In this document: positions 12,783-24,059 of the stretch, piece by piece
Position numbering within the stretch: position 1 is the stretch's first letter
Layout of the letters: every line of letters starts with the position of its first letter
DNA from: Vicugna vicugna
Taxonomy: Eukaryota
DNA: 64,000 bases
Assembly (NCBI GenBank): GCA_013265495.1
Contig: MU061579.1
Location: forward strand, 2,725,319-2,789,318
Direction: 5' to 3'
Translations under genes and position numbers: made by a program
The notes under the pieces: generated by a model
Seen by the model: only the letters and a program-made list of their open reading frames with translations
What the model was told of the DNA's origin: nothing
Databases searched by the model: none

Positions 12783-13221
12783 TTTTGTAGATTCCACATA
12801 GAAAAGAAACTGCATAATCTCACTTATTTTTGTGTCTGGCTTATTTCATTTAGACTAATGGCCGCCAGGCTCATTCATGGTGCTGAAAATGGCAAAATCT
12901 CCTTGAAGACAAAGAAGCAGACAGTAGAACTGGGGTGGGTGCATCAGGTAGGTGGGAAAACATTGGTTAAAGGGTATAAAGTTGAAGTTTTATAAGATGA
13001 ACAAGACTAGAGATCTAACATGCAGCATGATGACTGTAGTTAATACTGAATGGAGTACTAAATGTGCTGAGTGTAGATATCTTGTAATTTCATCACACAC
13101 ACAGAATGGTAACCATGTGAGGATCTGATACGTTAACTGGCTTGACTAGTAATCATTTCACTAGGAATATGTATAATAAATCATGTTGTATATCTTAAAA
13201 ATATCCAATTTTATTAGAAAT
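12783..13221 (+). mobile_element. 5'-inverted LINE-1 3' end (L1MA8-10-like): 12783-12904 antisense, 12905-13221 sense
   Basis: The antisense block (tagattccacata...tctggcttatttca...aaatggcaaaatctcctt) is the L1 segment just upstream of the sense block (gaagcagacagtagaa...atcatgttgtatatcttaaa). Confidence 0.85.
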
Positions 13222-13761
13222 AGAAGAAAAAAGTACAAACATATTTTTAAGTAATTTAGTGCATGAAAGAAAGAATGAGTAATCATTTTTACAGTTGATC
13301 TTTAAATCTTAACAACAGCAAGGACATCTCTCTGACTCCTGGATATTATTTTAAAGCATATGAAATTAGACAAGAGGGAAAGAGAACTGACTGATATTTG
13401 CAATATACACATAATTACTATGAAACTGCAGAGTAAGCACAAGACCATTCTCAACATTGCTAATTTCTTTCCCTATTAAACTTTTCCTGGACTAGAAACT
13501 GAATGATTATAGCCCTCACCAAGTTTCTTTTTATTTTCTTAAGTAATTCTACTTTAAATGTGTTCTCAAAGATGAGAAAACTACATTATATTGAAAAGTG
13601 AATTAGATGTGAAGTAATGACAGTGGGTTTTGTTTTTGTTTTTTAATCTTAGTTCTACTACCTGATAGAAAAAGTCAAAATGATACAAAATTATGACATA
13701 CTAATCCTCCTTAGTACCATTTTAAAACTCGTTTAATATGTATATTTCCAAGAATGCAGGA

Positions 13762-14550
13762 TTTTTAATAAACTTTTTTAGAGCAACTTAAGGTTTACAA
13801 CAAAATTGAGAAGGTACACACACACCTCCCATATACTCCCTGTGCTCACACGTGCATCGCCTCCTCCGTCATCCGCATTATTCACCAGAATGGTATTTTC
13901 TTTTCTCAGCCAAGGATAAATTGACATTGACAAATCGTAATCATCCAAAGTCCATAGTTTACAGTTCACTCTTGGAGTTGTACATTCTATGGGTGAGACA
14001 AAAGTGTAATGACATATAGCCATTATCATAAAATCAAACAGTATTTTTCTACCCTAAAAACCCTCTGTGGTCCATCTATTCATCTCTTCCCCTTGCCTGC
14101 CCCTCTCCGCCCTCACCCAGCCGCTGATCTTTTTATTATTTTCCTAGTTTTATCTTTTCTAGAATGTCACATGGTTTCAATCGCACAGTAAGAAGTCGTC
14201 TCAGCTTGGCTTCTTTCAATTAGTAACATTCATTGAAGTTTCTTCCATGTCTTTTTATGTCTTGAGAGTTCAAGACACGGAATAATATCCTATTGTGTGG
14301 ATTTTCCACATTTGATTTATATATTCATCTACTGAAGGACATCTTAATTGTTTCCAAGTTTTGACAATTATGAATAAAGCTGCTGTCAACATGTGCGTGT
14401 AGGTGTTTGTGTGGATGTAAGTTTTCAACTTCTTGTGAGAAATAGCCAGAGGCAGGACTGCTGGATCATATAGTAAGAGAATGTTTTGTTGTGTAAGAAA
14501 CTGCCAAACTGTCTTCCAAAGTTGTAGTACCATTTTGCATTCCCACCTGT
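13762..14550 (-). mobile_element. LINE-1 (L1MC1/2-like) 3' end
   Basis: Minus-strand ORF 14270-14575 reads WECKMVLQLWKTVWQFL...YDPAVLPL, followed by the L1MC 3'UTR. Confidence 0.9.
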
Positions 14551-15471
14551 GTGTACAGAAATTACAGTTAAGCATATTTAATGATAGGAATGTGTACCTA
14601 ATTGATTTTATTTACTAGTTCACGTAATATCTATTCAAGAGAAATAGCTTTTTAAGTTAAGTATATTTATGCTATTTGATAAACATTTTTCTCCAGATTC
14701 AAGTATGTTTTCTCAACTGCATTGACTTAGATAAGTGGAAGAAATCAGCTTCCTATAACCATAATACTTTTCAAAGACCTCTCCTATTTTTAAATGTTTA
14801 TACTTTTCTGCTTCCTTTAGGGTGATGCCAGATTTTTTTTAAGTAGCAGCGAATATTATTTTTAGAATGTACATAGAGAAGATTGTATTGATGCTACACA
14901 GCCTGCTTCTTGATAAGAACTTGTCATTTGTATAGATGTTAAATTTTCATAATGCAATACGTATACAGAAGTACGTAAAATAATTTTGTACTCTGAATTT
15001 CAATTTTATATAAAACCGGAGACTAATGTATATTCTGATTTATTGTACATCATATAAAGATGAATGTGGGTATGTACTGAGAGACTTGATTGGAAGAGTC
15101 CCAGTTCAACCGCTAGTCATTTATTTTTACCTTGAATAATCATTTATAACCACTGTTTTTTTCCCCATGTTGTAGAGGAAGAGCAGACTTTCTGCTTTAA
15201 CTAATCTAAGGAAATCAATTAGGTTCAAATACAAAAATACATTATCTGATACTCATCTGTACTTACAGTAGATGTATACTGTAGCACCACAGCACTCTAG
15301 TGATGTAGGGTTTCTGTAGCACTATATAGGTGTAAGATTTACAATTTATTATCTTTGTAAAATGTTATTGCCTTTTATAATATGGTTATTAATTTTGTGA
15401 AGTAGTATTAAGCACTTTTTAATATTTACCTTTAATTTATTAAGAAAATAGTAGATCTAATACTTACAAGT

Positions 15472-15670
15472 AATAACAACTACTATTTATAGAGTATTTA
15501 ATAAGTATTAAGCCCTGTGCTAAATGTTTCATGTATCAGTATGTCACTGAAACATCAAATAACTCTATGTGCTAGACATTTCATTTTACAGAAGAAACTG
15601 AGTTTCAAGGTTAAAATGACAGCTGCTTTATGTCAGAGACAGAATATAATTGACACCTAAATCTGTCTGG
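15472..15670 (-). mobile_element. MIR SINE
   Basis: actatttatagagtattta...ctgtgctaaatgtttca...cattttacagaagaaactgag. Confidence 0.75.
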
Positions 15671-16970
15671 CACATCTTGATTTAAAAAAAAAAAATCAGT
15701 GAAAGCCACCGGAAAGTGGTTAATAATTGAGTTTCTAGAGTGGAACACAACTGGATTTGAGTCTTTCTCTACTATACAAGCTATGTGACCTTGGGTGAGT
15801 TTACACACACGCACATGTAAGTGTTCAAAGATGGTAGGTATTTTCATCATCCTTCCAAAGATTGATTCATTTATCTTATCAATTTTATTTCCTCATGTAT
15901 TTAATAGAACTGTTTCTAAATTTTATGGATAAATTTAGGTAAGAAGAAATTCTGACATTTTGGATTCATTTCATTCCTGCTTCTCCTGCTGCCAGTGGAA
16001 AATAGAGAAGTCCATCCAAGTCTTCTGAAATATAATCTATCCAGTCTGATTCTGTTGAGAATCTACCATTAAGTGCAAATATATGTATGTAATTTCTGTT
16101 GGTTGTGGATATTCCTCACCTCCTAAACTGCACTAAGAAAAGCCCCGTGACTCTGATGAATTGCCTAGCATTCTGTTTAGGGCTCATTTATACCTTAATA
16201 GTATAAGGAGAGAATATTTTTTGTGATCTTTTCTAAGTCCAAAAGAGACCATCAACATTGAAAAGTCCACATTTGAGAAAAGGGACCTTACATTATATTT
16301 TTTTATGACACTTAAACTCTAAGTGAGCATCTTTAAAATAGGCATTTAAAACAATTCCTGAGTTGATTGTAATGGAGACAGTAGATCTGGAATGGATGAT
16401 AGTAGGAGCTTAAGAAACAAAGACCAAAATATACAAGATGTATAGAATTAAAGATGTAGTCTATTTGGGAAATAGTAGGTTTTTTTAGTTTAAAATTGAT
16501 GTATTTTAACATAAAATTGGGATTAAATTAGAAAACGTCTGGAACTCCAAAGAATGTAAAATTTTCCATTAGCAACTGAATAAAAACAAACACACCTTCT
16601 CGGTTGCTAATTTGTAATGATATGATAATGAAGTACACAAGGATGAAATTGGCAGGAAATAGAGAGTAGGGGTAGGCAATGAGTATTACTAGGTAATCAT
16701 CAGGGAAATGTGAATCAAAACTACAATGAGACATCCCCTCATACCTGTCAGAATGGTGATTATCAAAAACACACACAAAAAAAAGTGTCAGTGAACCCTT
16801 GTGCGTTGTTGGTGGGGATGTAAACTGGTACAGCCACTATGGAAAACAGTATGAAAATTCCTCAAAAAAACCCAAAAAACAAAAACAGAACTAGAACTGC
16901 CACCAAATCGAGCAATTCCCCTTCAAGGTATTTATCCAAAGAAAACGAAACTAATTAGAGGAGATATCTG

Positions 16971-17756
16971 AAATGCTGGAGAGGGTGTGGAGAAAAGGGA
17001 AGCCTCCTACACTGTTGGTGGGAATGCAGTTTGGTGCAGCTATTATGGAAAACAGCATGGAAGTTCCTCAAAAAACTAAAAATAGGCTTATCATATGATC
17101 CAGCAATCCCACTTCTGGGCATATATCTGGAGGGAACTCTAATTCAAAAAGATAAGTGCACCTCAATGTTTATAGCAGCACTATATACAATAGCCAAGAC
17201 ATGGAAACAACCTAAACGTCCACTCACAGATGACTAGAAAAAGAAGTTGTGGTATATTTATATAATGGAATACTACTCAGCCATAAAAAAGAATGATGCC
17301 ATTTGCAGCAACATGGGTGGACCTAGAGATCATCATTCTAAATGAAGTAAGACAGAAAAAGAAAAGTACCACATGATATCACTCATATGTGAAATCTAAA
17401 AGAAGAAAAAAAGACGCTAATGAACTCATCTACAAAACAGAAACAGACTTGCAGACATAGTAAACAATCTTAGGGTTACTGAGAGAAGGGGGTGGGAAGG
17501 GATAAATTTGGGAGTTTGAGATTTGCAAATGTTAGCCACTATATATAAAAATAAATAAAAATAATTCTTCTCTACAGCACAGGGAACTATATTCAATATC
17601 TTATAAGAGCCTTTAATGAAAAAGAATATGAAAATGAATATATGTATGCATGTGCATGACTGGGACATTGTGCTGTACACCAGAAATTGACACATTGTAA
17701 CTGACTATACTTCAATTTAAAAAAAAAGGTTAGCTAAACATGGGAAAAAAAATTAA
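16971..17756 (+). mobile_element. Young lineage-specific (camelid-like) LINE-1 3' end nested in the older L1
   Basis: ORF 17031-17237 reads [27 protein letters not shown]. It has a poly(A) tail and TSD agatatctg at 16962-16970 and 17757-17765. Confidence 0.92.
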
Positions 17757-17858
17757 AGATATCTGTAGCCCCATGGTCACTGCAACATTATTTACAATAG
17801 CCAAGGTATGCAAACAACCTAAGTGTCTGTCAATAGATAAATGGATAAGGAAAATGTG

Positions 17859-17860
<2 letters not shown>

Positions 17861-17912
<52 letters not shown>
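17861..17912. repeat. (AC)26 microsatellite
   Basis: Perfect dinucleotide run. Confidence 0.98.
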
Positions 17913-17914
<2 letters not shown>

Positions 17915-18604
17915 GAATATTATTCAGCCATAAAAAAGTGTGATCTTGCCATTTGAAACAACATGGATGGCCCTTGAGGGCATTATGCTAAGTGCAATAA
18001 ATCAGAGGAAGACAAATACTATATAAACTCATTTACATGTGGAATCTTTAAAACATATAAGCAACACCAACAACAAAAATCCCCAAAGAAACAAAACAGA
18101 AACATATTGACAGATACAGAGAACAAAATTGTAGTTGCTAGAGGGAAGGGGAGGTTGGGAGACTGGGCAAAATAAGTGAAGGGAACTAAAAGGTACAAAC
18201 TTCCAGTTGAGAAATAAGTCATGGGGATGTAATATGCAGCACAGGGAATATCACCAATATTGTAATTGCTCTGTCTGGCAACAAATGGTAACTAGACTTA
18301 TTGTGGAGAACATTTCAAAATGTGTATAAATGGGGAATTACTACAACTTATACCTGAAACTAATATGATATTGTAGGTCAATTTTACTTTAATTAAAAGT
18401 AAATACAATTATACTCCCACAGAAAAGAAAAGTGAGCTTCTCAAAATTTAACAGGAATTCCAAAGACATAATGTTAATTACATCTGTCTTAAGTAATAGG
18501 AAGAAAAAGATTAAACTTTTCTTTAGTCTCCAAATACCATCAACCAACTTTAATTTTTTTCATTTGAAAAATGAAAGTCAACTATATCTTCTCCATGGTT
18601 AGGG

Positions 18605-18606
<2 letters not shown>

Positions 18607-18638
<32 letters not shown>
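18607..18638. repeat. (GT)16 microsatellite
   Basis: Perfect dinucleotide run. Confidence 0.97.
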
Positions 18639-18641
<3 letters not shown>

Positions 18642-18699
18642 AATACCATGTACATACACATAGAAACATGTTCCTCTCTAATTTTTGCTATGGTTCTAC

Positions 18700-18830
18700 C
18701 TTCAACATATTTATTCAACAATATATTTTTTTGCACTGAGTGCCTGCATATCCAGGCACTGTATTAGGCATTTGGCAGACATTGGTAAATAAATAGAAAA
18801 AGATACCTTCCTGCACTTTTGCAGTGGGAA
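18700..18830 (-). mobile_element. LINE-2 3' end
   Basis: ttattcaacaatatat...actgagtgcctgcatatccaggcactgtattagg. Confidence 0.7.
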
Positions 18831-20904
18831 GCAAAAATAACCGATATCCTAAAACTAATGAATATAATAAATATTGCTAGGTGGTTAGTAATCCACCACT
18901 TTCTAGAATCACACATGGTTTCAATACCATGAGGGTGCTCCCCTCCTAGGTTTGAGTTATTATCTTTGAAAAAAAAAATACACACCTATTCGAATGGCCA
19001 ACATCCAGGAAGGGCAGTATCATATTCTCTTGGATAGCTGCAAGATGCAGATTTTTGCTATTTCAAACCACCTTTAAATTTACAATTTCCTATGCGTTAA
19101 AATAAAAGTATGGTCATAAATCTGCATTCAGTGAGCTCAGGAGCATGGTGACATGTGAAAATATATAAAAACATAAAAAAATGCATGCTGTTCGGGTCAC
19201 GGGAGTGCCCGCAGCCCTGAAGATTTAGATCCATAGAGATACTCAAGTGTCCCTCTGAACACTACACTTTTATTTTAGTAGAATTTTGTTTATATATCTT
19301 ATTTCTGTCTAAGCCTGTGAATTTGTCTAAAATTCCAAAACCCTGTGTTTCATCATCAAACAGGCTAACAGCCACCGTCACGTCAGAGAGCGGCTCTGAG
19401 ATATGCGATGTCAAACTTAACTCTGTGGGAATAAATTGTAACTTCTAATTTCAATGCAGTTGAGTGTTTTCTGTTTTTTTCTGTATCAGTTTTTTTCCAC
19501 TCATAAATACAAGTGTCAAAATGTGAACTTTTTAAAATTTTACCTATTCCTATTGTGGGTTTTTTCCCCTCCTCTATTTCTCTCTGCGATCTTCCATCCG
19601 TTCTTCACAGTCGTCTTTATTTTCCTTGATGAACTGCCTCCGAGAATCCCTCAGACTCTCCCATTTGATTCTCTCGTATAAAACTGGCCTTTGTAACACT
19701 GATAATTGAAGTTTGCCTCAGGGAGCATGTTTGCTTCAGGAAAAGGAAAGGAATAGTTTTTCCTTATGCGGTAAGATGACAAAGACCAATGATCAAAAGC
19801 CTGCCGTAGCAAAGAAAGCCTCGGCACGCTGGGTGTGGGGAGCTCTCTTAGGACCGCTGTCACGGAAGATACCTGCCCAGTCCTCACACCGAGCCCCCGC
19901 TCTTGTCACTACCCACCAGCATCCCACTGAGTGTTAGGGTTGGTACCAGTTTTGTATCTTTATTTCACTGAGATTTGACGATTTCTGCTTAGGACAGTAG
20001 AATTAAAGCTTTCAATTTTAGACCAACATGTTCACCTTATAAAGACAAATTTTAGGAAATCTTTTCTGCCATTTTTCTTTTCCTACCCCTTTTTAAAGCT
20101 GTACCTACATGCTCCTTCATGTTGGACTTTTATAATTGAATTTCCCAATCAAGTCATTGAAACAGGATTCATTTCATAAGCTATCCAATCATGCAGCTGA
20201 AATAATCTAGGTATGGAAGAATGTTCTTTGAAATGTTTCTGGACATGGGGACAGGCCTGACTGGGAGGGTTCCTGACAAACAGCTGTCAAAGCCTCAGGC
20301 TTTAGATTAATAAACTGAGACTCCGGGAAAGATCTGAAGGGAAGAGAGTCGTGCCAGTCTTGTTTTGGTGGGGAAAGTCCAAGCTGACAACCAGAGCTAC
20401 GTGTACAAGTTATACGTCAAGCTAGGTTCCTTCCATATCAGTTGGGTAGTCAGTGACAGGGATCACAATAGGGTGGACAAATATCCCAAAATGCGTTAGT
20501 GAGTCCACTTAAAGAAATTAATTTCAAATTGTGGAAGAATCACCAAATGGTGTGGCTTCTTGCAAACAACAGTTTCTCTGATCCTTGAGTTTTCGTATCG
20601 ACACAATGGGGACAATCAAATGCTAGCATAATTTACAAGCACTACGCAAGGGGGGCTTGCATAAATGTTTGAATACAGAGGAAACTTTGCCTAAGATCTA
20701 ACAGTCTAGTGATGACAGCAGACAGAACTAACAGTAAATATTTATCAGTACAATGTAAATATTTATCAGTACAATAGTATTGCTTTGCTTTTCTGTAGTG
20801 CTTCACTGTTTACAAAACGCATTTACAAACATCTTTCTCAAATCCTTACATATAGAATTTATCATTTGAAAGGTGAAGATTAAAAAGTCTGAATTAAAAT
20901 AAAT

Positions 20905-21475
20905 CTATTAGGGACCTTTAATTTGTCAGAGAAATAAATTAAAACCTAAAATAGCTTGAGTTAAAAGATATTTTATTGGCATATACAGTAACAGAGTCTG
21001 AGATGAGGGAGCTTTCAGGCATGACTGGATTCAAGGCTAATAAAAGAAAATAGTTTTAAATCATTTCTCAGAAATATCAATACTTCTTGTGTTTTGTTTC
21101 ATTCCCAGGCACGGAGCTGTATCCCCAGCTGACTCTAAACACACACCCTGTGGTAGAAGGAAAGTGGCTCCCGCCTCTTCACCCAGAAAGTTATAAAGGT
21201 AAATTCAATTTTTCAATAATGTCTGTAAAATTCCTGAGAGTAAGTCTGATTTGAAAGATCTGCATTGCATGCCCAGTCCTCAACCAGAAGCTGGGTAGAG
21301 AGGAATAAGGTTAGCTGTCAGTCAAGGGCTCAATGGGCAGGACAGAGCACTGGGAAGCAGAAGCCTCTGTTTGACCCCAGGAGCAAAGTATCCACACTCT
21401 GTGTATTAATGGATAACCAAATAAAAATCAGGACTGATGCTCAAGGAGGAAAGGATGCAGGGGACGCCAGCTGAA
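20905..21475 (-). mobile_element. Old MaLR LTR (MLT1K/L-like)
   Basis: ttagggacc...aaaatagcttgag...ttttattggc...gctttcaggcatgactggattcaagg. Confidence 0.6.
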
Positions 21476-22426
21476 ATGCCTACCTCTGAAGATGAACAGT
21501 TAAAGGTGTAGGATATAGGCAGCAACAGAACCCAGGCACTCTGCAGATATACAATGCTTTCTCTTTTTTTTTTCAAATTAGAGATTGGAAAAAGTATAAA
21601 ATATATGTTGCAAGTATGAAGTGATTAGAAAATTGAATGAAAAAAAAAATGGTTCCCGTGACTCAAGGAACTAAAGTTGCCTCGGTCATCGTAAATAAGC
21701 CCTGGAAAACTTCACGGAAGGCATTCCACTTAAAGAATTACACATGTTGCCTTTGGATTGTCCATTGATATGTCAAATTTGAGCTAGGGGTATGACCAAG
21801 TGAATTCCATAGATCATATTTCTGGCACAGACATATCCAGGGAAATTATTTTTCGATTCAATGTATATTTGGCTGCCTGATTTCACCAGACTACACGTAT
21901 TAACAGGTTTAAACACTATTCAACAGTGACAGAGACATGCACTCATTGTAGAAACACGAGCATAGCTAGCGGTATTTCCCGCTGAGCGCTATCAGCCCTG
22001 TAACTGAAGTTGCAGCCTGTGAATGCAGAACTCCTCAGTAATTACTCTTCCCTTTCAGATCAGAAGGAAAATAACCTCCTGTATTTATAGCCAACTCTAT
22101 TAGGTATTCAAGGATGATCTGTCGATTCATGCACTGATTTCTCATACAGGATGTTGTTATTTGAAGGGATTTGCTCACGGGAAAAGATCTAATTGGCTTG
22201 ACTGTATAAGCAGCGTGGCCTTCGTAAACAGCTGACGTGTGCTATTTGTTGGCATTTGCAAATGTAGATTAGAGAGGAAGAATGGAGGGTGGGAGGGAGA
22301 GGAAAGGGCTGCCAATACATTTCACCAGCTTAGTTTATTGATAACCTGTTGCCTTGTCCAAAGTTGAGGTCGGTATATAAATTTACCTTTTTTAACCGTA
22401 TGTTAATGTGAAGAATAAAAAAAAAA

Positions 22427-22978
22427 GCTGAGCTAATTTGGTTAAATAAACTATATTGATAGCAGCCAATCCAAGCTATTGCATATGAATTGCCTAAGCA
22501 TAGAGCTTAAAATACTAACGTGATTGTGTTGAAGCCAACTTGGTGGCCATATAACTCTGGAACAAAGTCTTGCTAGATTAGAAACATGTAACAATGGTAA
22601 GTGACTTAGCATGGTGCTGACACAATTTAGTAATATAATAGGATGAGTTTTTTTAAATTGGCCTAAAGAAATTTACGGGGTTATTTACTATGTTTAAGTG
22701 AAAAAAAAAAAAAAAAAAGCTGAGCTAATTTGGTTAAATAAACTATATTGATAGCAGCCAATCCAAGCTATTGCATATGAATTGCCTAAGCATAGAGCTT
22801 AAAATACTAACGTGATTGTGTTGAAGCCAACTTGGTGGCCATATAACTCTGGAACAAAGTCTTGCTAGATTAGAAACATGTAACAATGGTAAGTGACTTA
22901 GCATGGTGCTGACACAATTTAGTAATATAATAGGATGAGTTTTTTTAAATTGGCCTAAAGAAATTTACGGGGTTATTT
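22427..22978. repeat. Perfect 260-bp tandem duplication (22427-22686 = 22719-22978)
   Basis: The copies are identical by eye, with an offset of 292 bp. Each is preceded by an A-run. Confidence 0.97.
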
Positions 22979-23769
22979 TAGAAACATGACCACAAATCCT
23001 AGTGGTCCTATTAACCTCATTCAGAACTGTCTATTTCTTAAGTTGTAGAAACACGAAAGCATTTAAAAATATAGGCCAAAATCATTTGAATGCATATTCT
23101 GTCAACGCTTCTTTCGGCCCTAGGATAAGTTAGAAAATCTTTTTTTCATGCTTCCACCTAGTGATTTGCATATAAGGAGATTATTTTAATTTGATAGGAT
23201 AAAATGCCGAAATGTTTTACTCAATAAAGGCTACCAGCAGTATGATTATCCAGGACACGTGGAGGCTTCAGGCCAAAGCGAGCTTTGGAATGTAGACCTG
23301 TAGAATGGGTTAAGAGGCCAAATTCTACAGTATTTATTTTCCTACTCAATTCTAGGATGAGTCTTCAGTGCTGTGAGTCTGATTAAAAAAAACAAAAAAC
23401 AAAAAAACACTGAGAGTTCAACCATATTTAATTTATAGGAAAACAAGATAATTTTTTAAAATAAGGAAAAGCTCACTGCATGACAATTTAAAATGACCAA
23501 AGTGAGAAAGAGAAATGGAAAGGGGAGGAAGGGGTTAGGAATACAGGACTGGGGAGACAGAAAAGTAGGAGATGGAAAAATAAGGATTTTTCTTTAAAAG
23601 GGAGTCAGACCCAGAGGTTGCTGAGATACCACTGATTGTCATAGCAGGTGTCTCTTAAAGGGTCTACTTCCTTGTATTTCCTGATCTAGATCACTTTTCA
23701 AACTCGATCCATTTATTAAAACACCATCAATTTTTTCAAGAGACAGAATAGTGAAAATCATTAAGAACA

Positions 23770-24027
23770 CGACTCCTGGAAAAATCACAACTGAATCGGA
23801 GTTTTGGCTTTCCTGCTTAATTGCTGTGACATTGGGCAAGATGCATAATCTCTTTGTGCCTCAGTTTCCTCATCTATAAAATGGAACTATTAATATGTTC
23901 CCCTTATGAGTTTGTTGTTTTTGTTGTATATATTAAATAAACTATTTTAATATATATGTTATGATATTACATTTATTCAGAATAGTGCAGAAATAAACAG
24001 AGCCTATATTGTTAGCTATTACTATCA
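23770..24027 (+). mobile_element. MIR SINE
   Basis: tgtgacattgggcaag...tgtgcctcagtttcctcatctataaaatgg. Confidence 0.88.
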
Positions 24028-24059
24028 CCAGCCTAGTGTATTATTACTGGAGGGGCTTT

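Larger units (their letters stand above)
16692..18400 (+). mobile_element. Older LINE-1 (L1MA9/L1_Art-like) 3' end, split by a younger L1 (parts 16692-16970 and 17766-18400)
   Basis: The ORF2 3' end and 3'UTR resume in register after the insert (gatatctg|tagccccatggtcactgcaac). Confidence 0.9.

Noticed and set aside
19780..19940. Possible CpG island or promoter
   Set aside because: Under 200 bp with only modest CpG density.
22427..22978. Direct repeat as a CRISPR array or LTR pair
   Set aside because: Only two adjacent copies, with no spacers, TG..CA ends, primer-binding site or internal sequence; the context is mammalian.
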